Source of the DNA: a virus
Taxonomy: Duplodnaviria; Heunggongvirae; Uroviricota; Caudoviricetes
DNA: 64,000 nt
Strand: one strand, 5' to 3'
Virus record (IMG/VR): IMGVR_UViG_3300032294_001260
Each line of letters starts with the position of its first letter. Position 1 is the stretch's first letter. Below the pieces are notes generated by a model. That model saw only the letters and a list, made by a program, of their open reading frames with translations, had not been told where the DNA came from and did not search any database. Below, piece by piece: positions 21,697-32,425 of the stretch. The translations under genes and the position numbers were made by a program.

Positions 21697-24600
21697 TTAC
21701 CCGTAAGGTTTGATAATTTTGTAGTTGACCGCTGTATACGATGGTAGTTTTTCATACAAAGTATTAGCCGTCACTGGTGAAGTGTTGGTAAATGTAACCG
21801 TATTGCCCGAAACAGATGCCACCGTCAGATTATATATGACGCTGTTCACATTAATTCTTATGAGATCCGATACTGCAAGGCTATCTGAAACTGGGTCATT
21901 ATTTGCATAAACCTTCGCTGCAGAACTACCAGAAGACAATATCAATCTACCGTCACCCAACCCTCCAATAGGAGTCTCTATTCGAATCAAATCATTTACT
22001 GGATCCACGAATGTTACGACTTTAGAGTAGATTCTGTTTTGAGCATTATTTGAACTATTTATTACGATAACATCGCCCACATTAGTTGTGGTTGAGAAAT
22101 TGGAGTTATTGCCGAACACCAAATTGCTTGTGTAGGATGTAATGACATTTGTAAATGCGGCTGAGTTAGATACGCCAATATCTGTTCTAATCTGTATCTT
22201 ATCATCGAGATTGTCCTTTATTAGGAACTTGGACAGCAATTGCATGCCCGCTGGGTGTGCAATCTTGTAGATGGAATCTTTGTATTCTTCTAATGGCTTT
22301 TCCGATTGAATCTCGTATGAGAAATTGTGGTAATAATCACCGTTCTGCAGTTTCTTATCTGCGCTCAAGAAGCCATCGGTGTTTAAATAGAATCCGCTAT
22401 ATCGGATCAACCCATTCAAGAACTGGGCTTCGGCTTTTGCCAAGCCGTCTCCATAGAATTTAGGATAACTTCTCTCAATTGCTGGATTGATTCCACCAAA
22501 AGAAATGGATGCATTAGAAACAGAGATGTTGACGGTCGCGTTACCCGTAGATGTATTGACTCTCAGACCCTCAGCCACGTTGAGGGAGCCGTTGTAGTTG
22601 AATACGCGAATGACTGCGGTGTTCCCGACCCTATAAATGGAATCGACAATCGCATTAAATGTCGAGTTGGCATTAGTGCTGCTGCCTTGCCAGACACCAG
22701 AGCCAGTTAGAATGACCGCACCAAAGGATAGATTATCAGTTAATATATCGGCAACTTTCAGAGAAACTATAGGGGCAGTCGAGTAATTATATCCTCTATT
22801 GATTATATCGAAACTTTGAATCTGGCCTAGTTCCCCGACTTCGGGTCTCAAGACTTCGCCATCACTCAATTGGTATGCGAACAACTGCGCACCAGTGCCC
22901 GTTGACGGTCCTCCAGAAGCATTGACAATCAAACATTCCGAACCGCCATAATAGCCTTCTCCGCGATTTACCAGCGTTGCTCCCGTGATGACCCCACCAG
23001 ACACAGTAAGGGTTGCTGTAGCGTCATATCCAATTCCAGTAAATACAATTTGATCGGTTGATTGATATCCGCTTCCGCCGTTGATGATTTCTATCGCAGA
23101 CAACTTACCCAAGTTGTGAACATCTGCTCTTAAATCCATCTTCAGGACATAGTTTTGAATGTTCGTGTCGTTGATATTATTTTCAAAGTTTCTATCCAAA
23201 AATAAGGTCTTAGTCTGAGTTGTTCCACCCAAGACGACGTAGTCAATGACGTTCACATAATGGCTGGCATCACCAGTGTCTAAGAATAGTCTAGCGCCAG
23301 TGTAGATCCCATTTGATGAACTGAATGATGGGTTGGTATAACTCAATTGAATTGAGTTGTTGAGACGGTTGTAATTACTAAACTGTCCAGGTGAGATGGT
23401 GATCAGACCAAACTGTTCAGTGAAATCTGTATCATAGACCGAAGTTGCTTCCAACGTTGGTGTCTGATCGAAGAATGATCCCGTATCAACAAGGCTGATG
23501 ACATTGATCCTACCCATTCGAATGGTGTCGGTACTAAACGCCAGAGCCAAGGAAGTGTTAATATTTGCAAAGGTGAAGTTATCAAATCCGTATGACGCAT
23601 TGCTCAATAGAACGTCTCTTTTAAAATAGATCGTATCAGTATTTACCGTAACATCTGCGTATTCACTCGGATCTTCCGAAACTGATCCGATGATTAAATT
23701 GGCACCAATTCCACTGTTAGACACGATTTGAATCAAAGAATTTGGATAATCTCTGAAGAGATAGCCGCGTTTTACTAGAGCGACACTTTCTAATTGGGCT
23801 GTCGATACATTTCCGACTGTTGCAACGGCTTTTACTGAATCTATTGAATTGCTCAAACCGCTGTATAAAATAACTGGATCACCCGAAACGTAACGCTTTC
23901 CGTTTTGAATTACGCCCAAGCGATTTCGAGTGAGATTGATTCCAGAAATGAGGGAGATGATCTCAGAAGAGAACGTTGATGTATTATTTGTATTTGGATC
24001 AACGTATTCGATTAACAGATTTTCATTGGTCTGAAATGGTCGTTTGACATTTGAGACATATAGTTCGACAATTTCTCTGCCCGTGTCTTTGTCTACTGTT
24101 CTGTTGGCAGTTTCTATCACACAAGTAGAACGCGACACCTCGCCAATACCTCGACGCTTCTCCAACAACTCGAAGTTGAAGTTTTTGTATTCGCTGGGTT
24201 GGATTTTGTACAGACTTTGATTTTGGTAGATATAGGTTGTGTTGCTAGATTTAAATGGAACGTCCACTCGAAGAAAATCACCAGCGGCATTAACGCTTAC
24301 CACATTTCTTTTTTCTGAATCTATTTGAATGGATGCATTTGCGGCTATTCCATAGGAGATTAGATTTCCACTAGAAGAGACCACATTTGCTGTAGCATTT
24401 AAGACACTAACGCTTGATCCTTCAACCAAAGTCAGTGTATCAGATATCGATATTCTCAATGCTTGCGGCAGTTTCCATTTGCCATCAGATGCTCTGAGGA
24501 TATCGGCTTTAGGAAAATAGACTTCGGCTTCTTGTCCATAAAGAACTCTGAAAAGAAACTTCAACCCATCTGGGGTTCCTTTCTTGGCATAAAAATCTCT

Positions 24601-24876
24601 GGATGCCTTTACAAGTTTAGCAGTAGACAGTTCAGTTCTGTCTGGGAAACTGGGAATGTATTTTTCTTTGAAGTATTTGAGTAAATCGTCGCGGGTTGAA
24701 TCAACATCAGCATAGTCATAGAGTCTTTTACCCGTGTAGATCGTCTTGTCTTCTTGCTCCATGTACTCGTAGTACTTTTTCAAAAGCAATACGAAATTAG
24801 AATACGACTCATCCCCGCGAATAAAATCGGGTAGTTGTCTTTCTATGAGAGTTGAAACGTAGTTATTGGCAAACAT
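21697..24876 (-). CDS. gp7: Baseplate wedge initiator, T4 gp7 homologue
   Basis: 1059-aa ORF (T4 gp7 is 1032 aa). The block DFYAKKGTPDGLKFLFRVLYGQEAEVYF aligns with T4 gp7 DFYSTKGIEASYKFLFKVLYNEEVEIE. Synteny gp25-gp6-gp7-gp8. Confidence 0.65.
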   Translation of the reverse strand: MFANNYVSTLIERQLPDFIRGDESYSNFVLLLKKYYEYMEQEDKTIYTGKRLYDYADVDSTRDDLLKYFKEKYIPSFPDRTELSTAKLVKASRDFYAKKGTPDGLKFLFRVLYGQEAEVYFPKADILRASDGKWKLPQALRISISDTLTLVEGSSVSVLNATANVVSSSGNLISYGIAANASIQIDSEKRNVVSVNAAGDFLRVDVPFKSSNTTYIYQNQSLYKIQPSEYKNFNFELLEKRRGIGEVSRSTCVIETANRTVDKDTGREIVELYVSNVKRPFQTNENLLIEYVDPNTNNTSTFSSEIISLISGINLTRNRLGVIQNGKRYVSGDPVILYSGLSNSIDSVKAVATVGNVSTAQLESVALVKRGYLFRDYPNSLIQIVSNSGIGANLIIGSVSEDPSEYADVTVNTDTIYFKRDVLLSNASYGFDNFTFANINTSLALAFSTDTIRMGRINVISLVDTGSFFDQTPTLEATSVYDTDFTEQFGLITISPGQFSNYNRLNNSIQLSYTNPSFSSSNGIYTGARLFLDTGDASHYVNVIDYVVLGGTTQTKTLFLDRNFENNINDTNIQNYVLKMDLRADVHNLGKLSAIEIINGGSGYQSTDQIVFTGIGYDATATLTVSGGVITGATLVNRGEGYYGGSECLIVNASGGPSTGTGAQLFAYQLSDGEVLRPEVGELGQIQSFDIINRGYNYSTAPIVSLKVADILTDNLSFGAVILTGSGVWQGSSTNANSTFNAIVDSIYRVGNTAVIRVFNYNGSLNVAEGLRVNTSTGNATVNISVSNASISFGGINPAIERSYPKFYGDGLAKAEAQFLNGLIRYSGFYLNTDGFLSADKKLQNGDYYHNFSYEIQSEKPLEEYKDSIYKIAHPAGMQLLSKFLIKDNLDDKIQIRTDIGVSNSAAFTNVITSYTSNLVFGNNSNFSTTTNVGDVIVINSSNNAQNRIYSKVVTFVDPVNDLIRIETPIGGLGDGRLILSSGSSAAKVYANNDPVSDSLAVSDLIRINVNSVIYNLTVASVSGNTVTFTNTSPVTANTLYEKLPSYTAVNYKIIKPYG

Positions 24877-26945
24877 TATTCAACTGACTTGACTTCAATA
24901 TTAATTGACACAGAATCTTCATCGTCGATGGTTATGATTCGACTTCTTGCAGACTCGAAATTGGTGCTTGATGGCTTGGCAGTGATTTTCAGTATTTTCA
25001 TAGGATCATCAATATCAAGTGGAGCAAACTGATTTAATTTAATAACGCCAAACTGATAATCGATTGTTCCAGCAGAGGCGTTCAAAATGGTTTTGATATT
25101 ATTGTTGTCAAAATAATAACTTCTAACAATACCATATCGACCCTGAACACCCACGCTAAATGATGCGGTATTATCCAGAACTTCCTGATAGTACAGATAT
25201 GCTGTCGCAGTGGTGTAGTTCACCCCAGCATTATCAATCACGATAGAAGTGATCTTGCCGTTGACCACGATTGGGTATGCATTTGCTCCTATACCATCAC
25301 CTAAAATCCTTATCTCTGGAATATCCTCATAGACCTTTGGCGCTGAGATGATAGAAATGTTCTCAACCCCCGACGACGACCCCGTCGTCTCCTCAAAGAA
25401 ACAGGCTCGAACAATTTCCTCTTTATCCCTCTGCAAAAATGCTGGCGCAGAAAACAACTTATATTTGGTGTCTTCTCTCGACAGCGCAGTTCCAAAATCT
25501 ATGGTGTAATTTCTTGATACGTTAAATGCGGGTTCAATTCTCTTTTGAATGGTTGCCGAAGCATCACTAAAACTGATACTTAAATCCGAATCATCGATAT
25601 CTCTGAGCATTCTAGACAACTTGAACTTGCTATTGAAGTTGTCTAGATTGTTGTTTCTATAAGCCACGATGGCATTTCGAACCAAGGTTTTAATGGCGTC
25701 TGTGGATCTACTTGTTTTGGTTGGATCATAATAGACGCTAGCAAACACGTTAATGTAGTTGTAATCAACGTCAATGAACTCTGGCGTAACAGTCATAACC
25801 GAAATTGGTTTGACAATATCATTGATGACCGTCAACTTTTCGCTTTCGGTTACCTGATATCCAGTTGAAGGTTTGGCGGCGATGAAGACTTTGCCATAGA
25901 TTGGCGGATCATTTTCTTCCCCACCCCAGACATTCACAGCATCAAAATAAGGATACTTGGCGTTGATCAACGAGATGATGTCATCTTTGGTGACGCCTCT
26001 GTTATTTGATATGAATGTTTTAGGTGCTGTGAATCGAATTCGATCTATAGATTCTCGGTCAGCACCACCACTGGCTGGTTCAATTGGAAATATGATGTGT
26101 GTGCTAAATCCACCCACAGATTCAATCAAAGAAAATGCGTTAGCCTTATTAGCGGATTCTCCGTTAGTCTTGACATACGTTGCAACAACAATATTGCCAT
26201 TGGTCAAGCCCTTTCCGATTGTATCATCACCGAAATAGATCCTGAACTTGCCGTTTCTGGTCTCATCCAAGTAATACACCGCCGAGTCGGTCAAGACAGT
26301 TGTGGCGTCCGTTGCCAAAATGAATTTTTGTGAACGGAGACTTGTCGCAGACTCCTGAACCAAAACCTCTAAAGTAGAAGTGTCGATATTGTCGTCTGGC
26401 AATTCAAATGATTGCGTTGGATTGTTTGTAGCGTCATATGTAAAGGTATACGATAGAGGTTGACCTTCTTTGATATAAAGGTTGTCAAAGCAAAAACGTC
26501 CGCACGCTGGGTCGTAAACGCCGACCATAGTTTCTGGATTGACGAACACATAAGAAATAGAATTGATCGGCGCTGCTTGGAATCTGGTGAATCTAGGCAG
26601 TGTCAATGTGGTCTGAGTATTTCCCGCTGGGCGAGTGATTTGAAGATTGATTTTTGCCCTCGCCGAAGTCGCAGAAACGGGTGTGTACCCCAACATCTTG
26701 GCGTGAGAGACGACAGAATCTCTTAATAGAGCCGTATCCAAAAACATTTCATTGGCAATCATATTGTTGTAGAAAGCCATGTAATGAGTGTTGTATGCCA
26801 AAATATCCAATAGAGTGCTCATACCAGAGGCTTCAAAGTCAAAATCAGTAAATTCTGACTGATCTCTTAAGAATTCTTTGAGATTTTGTTTAATTTCAAA
26901 GAAATCTAACTCAGAAATGACAAGTTTTTGGTCTATGTTAGCCAT
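24876..26945 (-). CDS. gp6: Baseplate wedge subunit, T4 gp6 homologue
   Basis: 689-aa ORF. N-terminus FFEIKQNLKEFLRDQSEFTDFDFEASGMSTLLDILAYNTHY aligns with T4 gp6 EIKQNLIEWLNGQNEFLDYDFEGSRLNVLCDLLAYNTLY. GGADRESIDRIRF aligns with GGDPEDIERIRE. KVFIAAKPSTGY aligns with YAFIAAKPKSGL. Confidence 0.85.
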   Translation of the reverse strand: MANIDQKLVISELDFFEIKQNLKEFLRDQSEFTDFDFEASGMSTLLDILAYNTHYMAFYNNMIANEMFLDTALLRDSVVSHAKMLGYTPVSATSARAKINLQITRPAGNTQTTLTLPRFTRFQAAPINSISYVFVNPETMVGVYDPACGRFCFDNLYIKEGQPLSYTFTYDATNNPTQSFELPDDNIDTSTLEVLVQESATSLRSQKFILATDATTVLTDSAVYYLDETRNGKFRIYFGDDTIGKGLTNGNIVVATYVKTNGESANKANAFSLIESVGGFSTHIIFPIEPASGGADRESIDRIRFTAPKTFISNNRGVTKDDIISLINAKYPYFDAVNVWGGEENDPPIYGKVFIAAKPSTGYQVTESEKLTVINDIVKPISVMTVTPEFIDVDYNYINVFASVYYDPTKTSRSTDAIKTLVRNAIVAYRNNNLDNFNSKFKLSRMLRDIDDSDLSISFSDASATIQKRIEPAFNVSRNYTIDFGTALSREDTKYKLFSAPAFLQRDKEEIVRACFFEETTGSSSGVENISIISAPKVYEDIPEIRILGDGIGANAYPIVVNGKITSIVIDNAGVNYTTATAYLYYQEVLDNTASFSVGVQGRYGIVRSYYFDNNNIKTILNASAGTIDYQFGVIKLNQFAPLDIDDPMKILKITAKPSSTNFESARSRIITIDDEDSVSINIEVKSVE

Positions 26946-27337
26946 TATCTAACCTTCTCTAGAAACATGCTTATAGTTACGGGATCTTCTAAATTATTGA
27001 TGAAAAAACGAATGGTAACGGCATAACGATTGTCATCGGGTTGAGCCTGAACTCTTATAGCATCTATTCCAACACGAGGCTCAAAATTTCTAATCGAATC
27101 TTCTATTTCGGTTCTTAAAATATTTGCGGTGATAAAGGATACATCTTCAAACAAGATGCTTCTCACTCTAGTCCCATATGAAGGTCGAAAGGGCTTCTCA
27201 TATAGGTTGGTCAAAATGAGATTTTTCAGTGCGCCGACAATCGCAGCATTTCCCGTTCTTCTGACGACATCTTTGGTCACGGGGTGCGCAATAAAACGCA
27301 GATCTAAATCTTTGTACTCTCTGACTTCTAGTGACAT
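26945..27337 (-). CDS. gp25: Baseplate wedge subunit, gp25/GPW lysozyme-like family
   Basis: 130-aa ORF. ILTNLYEKPFRPSYG aligns with T4 gp25 IITTRKGSRPFDPEFG. NFEPRV aligns with NYEPRI. The IRF motif is present. 1-nt overlap with gp6. Confidence 0.85.
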   Translation of the reverse strand: MSLEVREYKDLDLRFIAHPVTKDVVRRTGNAAIVGALKNLILTNLYEKPFRPSYGTRVRSILFEDVSFITANILRTEIEDSIRNFEPRVGIDAIRVQAQPDDNRYAVTIRFFINNLEDPVTISMFLEKVR

Positions 27338-27358
27338 TTAACACACCTTTTAAAGTAT

Positions 27359-29026
27359 TTAGCACGGCTGTGTGCAAGGATCCACTGGTTTGGTTCCGAG
27401 ATCTGGTTCATTGTCAACCCCAACATCCCCATTACCGCCAGCCGCAGTCTGAGGTCTGTATTGATACTGAACGTCATTTAAGTCTGGCAGATCTTTATAG
27501 TCTGATGGGATATTGTCATTAGGATCAACTGGTGGAATTAAAAATTCCTTATATTCTGTATCTGCTTGGTCAAGTATGTCTGGCAAATCATTAATTGTGG
27601 CGTCACACCCCTGACGAAGTGGGTTTGGAGACAGAATTAGGTTTAGGTATTGGTCTGACGAATCATCTGGGTTTTCTGGATCATCGCCTTTCTTTTTCTT
27701 GGAGCAACTTGATTGGAATAGTTTTAACATACCCTTCAACATGCCTTTGACCGCATTGATTGCGCTCAAGTCTTGTTTGACGCTGTCTACAAGTTCTTGT
27801 CTCTTTAGATCCAACTCATCGGTTATTTCTTCGAGATAACTTACGAGTTCAGACTCAGACAACTCTCTGATTGCATCGTTCTGTAGTTCATCTAACAATC
27901 TTTGAAGTGTTCTGTTGACTGCGTTTAGAATATCAGCCCTCTGTAAAGACTGCGTCACGTGTACGGGTTTAGCCGCATCAATTGTTGCGTAAGTGCCATC
28001 AGATTTTCGATATCTAGTCTGGAATCCATCCGACAACGAGGCGTTTAAATTTGTTGAAAGTTGGTCAATTTCATCGAACATTGCCAGAATATCGTCTGGC
28101 GAATTGGATTCGATAACTCTCTGCACGGGAGTTTCATCGGCCACCTTGAAGATTCTTTGCGGCTCATTTAATGCTCTCAGTGGCTGATCAACCACGATTT
28201 CGGTATCGGTGACCTGTAGGACGTAATACTCTTTTTCGTCATAGTAAACTTTGTTATTAGCCACCAAGGAATCGGTAAATGTTGTACCGTTACCCGTAAT
28301 CACGTTACCCAGACAAATACTATTGGCTACAAATTCACTCTTTATGCGAAGAGTCTGGTCTGTAGATACAGTCTCAAATGCGGTATCGACGACAAATCCA
28401 GTCTCAATATTCAATTCTATCTCTGTATTAGAGAATCGTAGTGGCGATAGAACCGTTAAAAAATCACCCAGAGCATTGATGGATTCTACTTGTTTGATTT
28501 CGCTATTGACGTTGATGTACACGCCAGACTTTAATCTGATGCTGGCCAGATTTAATTGCTGAAGATCATTAGAGTAAATGATGGTACTAGCGGTTGAGAC
28601 ATCGTAGTTGACGGTGTTTCCCGTAGGCTCAAAGATTTTACCTACCACTGTTCTTTCTAGATTGTTTATCACAATCGTGTCACCAATTTTAACAATCGGA
28701 TACACTGGCATCGATGTGTTTGCAACGACAGTGAAGGACGACACGTTCACGCTTGCATTCTGTATGACGGTATTCCCATATAAGGACTGTAGCGTCAACA
28801 CTTTGTCTTCAACTTGAGTACCCGAGATTTCTCTAACGTGATTGCCGAATGATTGGGTAGCATCGTAGAGTGTATTCCCCAGAATGCTCCACTGACCCAT
28901 TGGCATTCCTAAGAAATTCTGATTTGATGCGGCTTGCGCTTGACCGAGAACGTTTAAGAGGTTATTTCGGGCGCTAACAATGGCTGGATTGGTGTTAGCA
29001 AATAGATCCGTGAGGGTGTTCTTCAA
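27359..29026 (-). CDS. Hypothetical baseplate-region protein (start uncertain: the ORF table uses TTG; the first ATG is MPMGQW)
   Basis: 555-aa ORF between the gp5 and gp25 homologues. Acidic C-terminus. See the finding on its upstream in-frame extension. Confidence 0.45.
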   Translation of the reverse strand: MKNTLTDLFANTNPAIVSARNNLLNVLGQAQAASNQNFLGMPMGQWSILGNTLYDATQSFGNHVREISGTQVEDKVLTLQSLYGNTVIQNASVNVSSFTVVANTSMPVYPIVKIGDTIVINNLERTVVGKIFEPTGNTVNYDVSTASTIIYSNDLQQLNLASIRLKSGVYINVNSEIKQVESINALGDFLTVLSPLRFSNTEIELNIETGFVVDTAFETVSTDQTLRIKSEFVANSICLGNVITGNGTTFTDSLVANNKVYYDEKEYYVLQVTDTEIVVDQPLRALNEPQRIFKVADETPVQRVIESNSPDDILAMFDEIDQLSTNLNASLSDGFQTRYRKSDGTYATIDAAKPVHVTQSLQRADILNAVNRTLQRLLDELQNDAIRELSESELVSYLEEITDELDLKRQELVDSVKQDLSAINAVKGMLKGMLKLFQSSCSKKKKGDDPENPDDSSDQYLNLILSPNPLRQGCDATINDLPDILDQADTEYKEFLIPPVDPNDNIPSDYKDLPDLNDVQYQYRPQTAAGGNGDVGVDNEPDLGTKPVDPCTQPC

Positions 29027-29304
29027 ACCCTGATAGTTATTTGCCGTGAAGTTTTTCAGCGCAGAGTCAGCCGCCTCCAGTGCCTTTTGAATGTCTGCTG
29101 GTAAAGTGAAATCGTCTTTTAAGCCACTGATGAACGATTTACCATTAGAGATGGCATTTCGAATATTGGCTATTAGAGATTCTAGACTCTTTGGAGGGAA
29201 TCCAATTTTTGCAAATGGAATCGGCGATCCCGTGAAGGTGATCGCAAGCGTCTGCAGAAGAGGTAAACCCCCAATCAGACATAGAATCCACTTGATTACG
29301 CTAC

Positions 29305-29463
29305 TTAATGATAGTGCGACACGTACTCCTTTACTGTAATTTCCTTGAAGGGAAATTTGTGCTTGACCAAAAACTCATGTTCTTTTTTAGTTATAGGCTC
29401 GGATTGGTTTACCTTTTTCATGATAGACCAATATTGTTGAATCTCTTTGGAATGGAAACACAT
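29305..29463 (-). CDS. Small hypothetical protein (52 aa, MCFHSKEIQQYWSIMKKVNQSEPITKKEHEFLVKHKFPFKEITVKEYVSHYH)
   Basis: Hand-found ORF, below the ORF-table size cut-off. ATG at 29463, 3 nt after the gp5 stop. Confidence 0.25.
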   Translation of the reverse strand: MCFHSKEIQQYWSIMKKVNQSEPITKKEHEFLVKHKFPFKEITVKEYVSHYH

Positions 29464-29465
29464 AT

Positions 29466-31058
29466 TTATGATGGTATTTGACCGAATGTTACATTCGCGG
29501 TTGACTGCGTCGTTGAGTCATCGACCACGACTTTAGTATTAGCCAGAAGATCCGCATTCAGAGTCTGCATCACGGAATTTGCACTGTCTAATTGCGCATT
29601 CAACGTTTTAACTCGCTCCTGTTCCAAAAAGCCCATACCATCTGTAGATTCGTATTTGTTTGCAGAACGGGTTTTAACCAATTTAGGAACTCGTCTATTC
29701 CATCTATTAGCCGATAGAGCGGATATTTTGTTCTTTGGTTCACTAGAAACGACGGGCAAGATGTTGGTGAGTGCGCTATTCAAATCAGATTTTAGGGTGG
29801 ATACCCAGAAATTTGATCCCGCAATCTTCACCCCAGTGTTCAGTTCTGTTGGTACTGTATAGTCTCCAGAGTATCCAATTCCAGATAGAGCAGCCTTAAC
29901 TGTCGCGTTGATTGGGTTTGCAGTTGCGGATAGCGTGGTCAATCTACCAGAACTGATGCTGGTTTCAGAACCACCGTAAATCGCGGTGTAGACTTCACTC
30001 TTAATATCGGCTCTGGCCACACCAGTGAGTTTAGCCTCACCACCAGCAAACATGTCTAAAGAATTGCCAGAAGTGATCTTGACGTTCTTTCCTTTGATAT
30101 TGACATCCCCAGATGACACCAGATCAAAGCCATCACACTCGATCACCAATTTGCCATTGATGCGAACAAACATATTTCCTTGAACGGTCTGATGATGATT
30201 GCCAGCGGTATATTCGCGGCTATCGCCCATGGTGATATCTTGTTTATTGTTGAATGACTTCAATTTCACCGAACCAGAAGGGAGGAATTCTAGTGTGGAT
30301 CCAGTTCTGTGGGACAACTGCACCCGTTCAAAGTTAGGCGTATCGTCTACTTCAATGGCATGACCAGATTCCGACTCATAAGCATTGTTGAATGGGTACT
30401 TGGCATTAAACGAAGGGAAAGATTCCTTCCAAGAATATCCCTCTGCACTTTTGATTCCAATAACTCTATTCTTTCTTTGGTAATCAATTGTCGTATTGGC
30501 AATGGATTCGCTTCTAGATCCCAAGGATGCCCCAGTGTTAGCACTTTCAACTCTGTCGGGTCTAGTCAATCTGGAGATAGAAGGTTCGTCCAGATGTTCT
30601 GGATTTCTTTTTGGTACGTCATTGACTATTTGTGGGCCAGCAGCATTGGCGGTAATTTTTGATGATTTTATCTTGGATGGGAAAAAGTTACCCATCGCCG
30701 CTTTCTGTTCGCTGGTGTATGGGTCAGTGAAGCCCATATTAGCCTGTCTGATGTTGTCGGGGATTCCAGGGACGGTGCCGAGGATGATAGGAAAACGGCT
30801 CTCAAGACCATCAGCGAAGAAACCAAAAACCATAGTGCCTTCGGGTGGGGGTTTCACCATAGCCGCACCAATTGGCACAATTGACTGTGCCCACGGCAGA
30901 TCTTCTATTGGAATTTGGGTTGTATCGTGAGTGTGAAACCCGAAACAACGAACTTGACATCGACCCGCATTTAATGGGTCGTTACGATTTTCGACAACAC
31001 CAAACCACCAAATAAAATGGTTTATGCCCATGAAATTTTTGTCGAACGCCTCAGTCAT
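29466..31058 (-). CDS. gp5: Baseplate hub/central spike protein, T4 gp5 homologue (N-terminal OB-fold; no obvious lysozyme domain)
   Basis: 530-aa ORF. INHFIWWFGVVENRNDPLNAGRCQVRCFGFHTHDTTQIPIEDLPWAQ aligns with T4 gp5 N-terminus LNWFVGVVEDVMD...RVRVRIHG.H...IPTEDLPWA. The C-terminal region is rich in beta-helix-like repeats. Confidence 0.75.
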   Translation of the reverse strand: MTEAFDKNFMGINHFIWWFGVVENRNDPLNAGRCQVRCFGFHTHDTTQIPIEDLPWAQSIVPIGAAMVKPPPEGTMVFGFFADGLESRFPIILGTVPGIPDNIRQANMGFTDPYTSEQKAAMGNFFPSKIKSSKITANAAGPQIVNDVPKRNPEHLDEPSISRLTRPDRVESANTGASLGSRSESIANTTIDYQRKNRVIGIKSAEGYSWKESFPSFNAKYPFNNAYESESGHAIEVDDTPNFERVQLSHRTGSTLEFLPSGSVKLKSFNNKQDITMGDSREYTAGNHHQTVQGNMFVRINGKLVIECDGFDLVSSGDVNIKGKNVKITSGNSLDMFAGGEAKLTGVARADIKSEVYTAIYGGSETSISSGRLTTLSATANPINATVKAALSGIGYSGDYTVPTELNTGVKIAGSNFWVSTLKSDLNSALTNILPVVSSEPKNKISALSANRWNRRVPKLVKTRSANKYESTDGMGFLEQERVKTLNAQLDSANSVMQTLNADLLANTKVVVDDSTTQSTANVTFGQIPS

Positions 31059-32425
31059 GAATTTCTCGCTTTTCTATAATGTACAGAAGTTTTATTAGCA
31101 CTATCTAACTTTGATGATAGAGTGTTTTTATTCAAGGTTAATATTGTTTGGTGTTGTCCAGAAGCGGTCAATACGTGTCGAGTTTTGGTTATCATGTATT
31201 TACCCGACAGGAATGGATCGATACTGCGCTCATTTCTTCTGTTTGGAGAGAATGAAGGCATCTCGACTTCCACAATACTTCCAACTGTAAATAGAACATT
31301 GCCGCCCACGGTGCATACCATGGCAGTATTGTTCAACAGATTCAGCATACTTTCTCTCTGCAAAACGGTATTTTCGACATTAGTGTCTGTGACTCTGAAC
31401 GCTCTAGATACCAGATATGGCGAATCTGACTGTGACTTGTTTGTCATCTGGTAAAAATATTTATTGCCATGTTCTGCTAGAAAATCCTTTTCGTTTCGAT
31501 TTTTTGCATCGTTAACGGGTAAGTTTTTGCCGTCGATAAAATTGATATCCGCCATGTCATCCACGCTGTAATCTATGGCTTGATAATCCTGCCTTAAAAT
31601 ATCCAAAGTATATAACCTACCAGAATACGTTAAGTTTTGTGTGTTTTTTAAGATGTCAAAAGACGGCAGAAACTTCAGTTTGGTCATCTGATTGGCGTTC
31701 TTGTATGCCGCTGTGCTCGAATTTTCGGTCAATTTAGCGTTGCTATAATTTAGGGTTACTAGTGGACTTCTCTTAAACAGCGTCTCGAAAGATAAAAAAT
31801 TGTACCCGTAAAAGTTCTCAAAGAAAAAGAATGGAGAATAGTTTTGGCTAAACGCATTCGTGGTCAAAAGATTTATGGCATCGAAAGGATGCATTGACGG
31901 GATAATAAAGTCCTGTATACCCACAGAAGCCTCAAAATTGTTCAATAGATCCATTTTCTTAGAGTTTATTTTCAAATCTTGAGTGCAGATCGAATCAATA
32001 TATTTGCTAATTTGCTGACCCTTGAAGGATCTGGAGACAATAATTTGATTCGAAAAAATCAATTCTTCAGAGCAGAAGTGGATGACATAAGATTGAGCCA
32101 TCGAATCTTCGGGTGATTTTTCGGTTATTTTGTAGATTCTAAATGACTTTTGGAATTTTGATAGCGGGTCGGTTTCGCCAGGTTTGTTGAAGGAGAGGAA
32201 GAGGTATTCATTACCGTGCAACTGCAACTCTGCCTGTATATTGACGCCATCTTTCAATTCAATGCTGCCCATAATGACGTTTAATTTCTGCAGCATATCC
32301 TCGTAAATGTTTATGGTATTCCAAAGCCCCGTCAATTCTTTGGGAATCCCAGTTACGGAATTGATAATAGAAACAGAATTGAATACTACATCACGTGTGG
32401 ATGTATTAGTCGATAAATTAGTCAT
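31055..32425 (-). CDS. Hypothetical baseplate-associated protein
   Basis: 456-aa ORF between the gp53 and gp5 homologues. ATGA overlap with gp5. Confidence 0.4.
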   Translation of the reverse strand: MTNLSTNTSTRDVVFNSVSIINSVTGIPKELTGLWNTINIYEDMLQKLNVIMGSIELKDGVNIQAELQLHGNEYLFLSFNKPGETDPLSKFQKSFRIYKITEKSPEDSMAQSYVIHFCSEELIFSNQIIVSRSFKGQQISKYIDSICTQDLKINSKKMDLLNNFEASVGIQDFIIPSMHPFDAINLLTTNAFSQNYSPFFFFENFYGYNFLSFETLFKRSPLVTLNYSNAKLTENSSTAAYKNANQMTKLKFLPSFDILKNTQNLTYSGRLYTLDILRQDYQAIDYSVDDMADINFIDGKNLPVNDAKNRNEKDFLAEHGNKYFYQMTNKSQSDSPYLVSRAFRVTDTNVENTVLQRESMLNLLNNTAMVCTVGGNVLFTVGSIVEVEMPSFSPNRRNERSIDPFLSGKYMITKTRHVLTASGQHQTILTLNKNTLSSKLDSANKTSVHYRKARNS

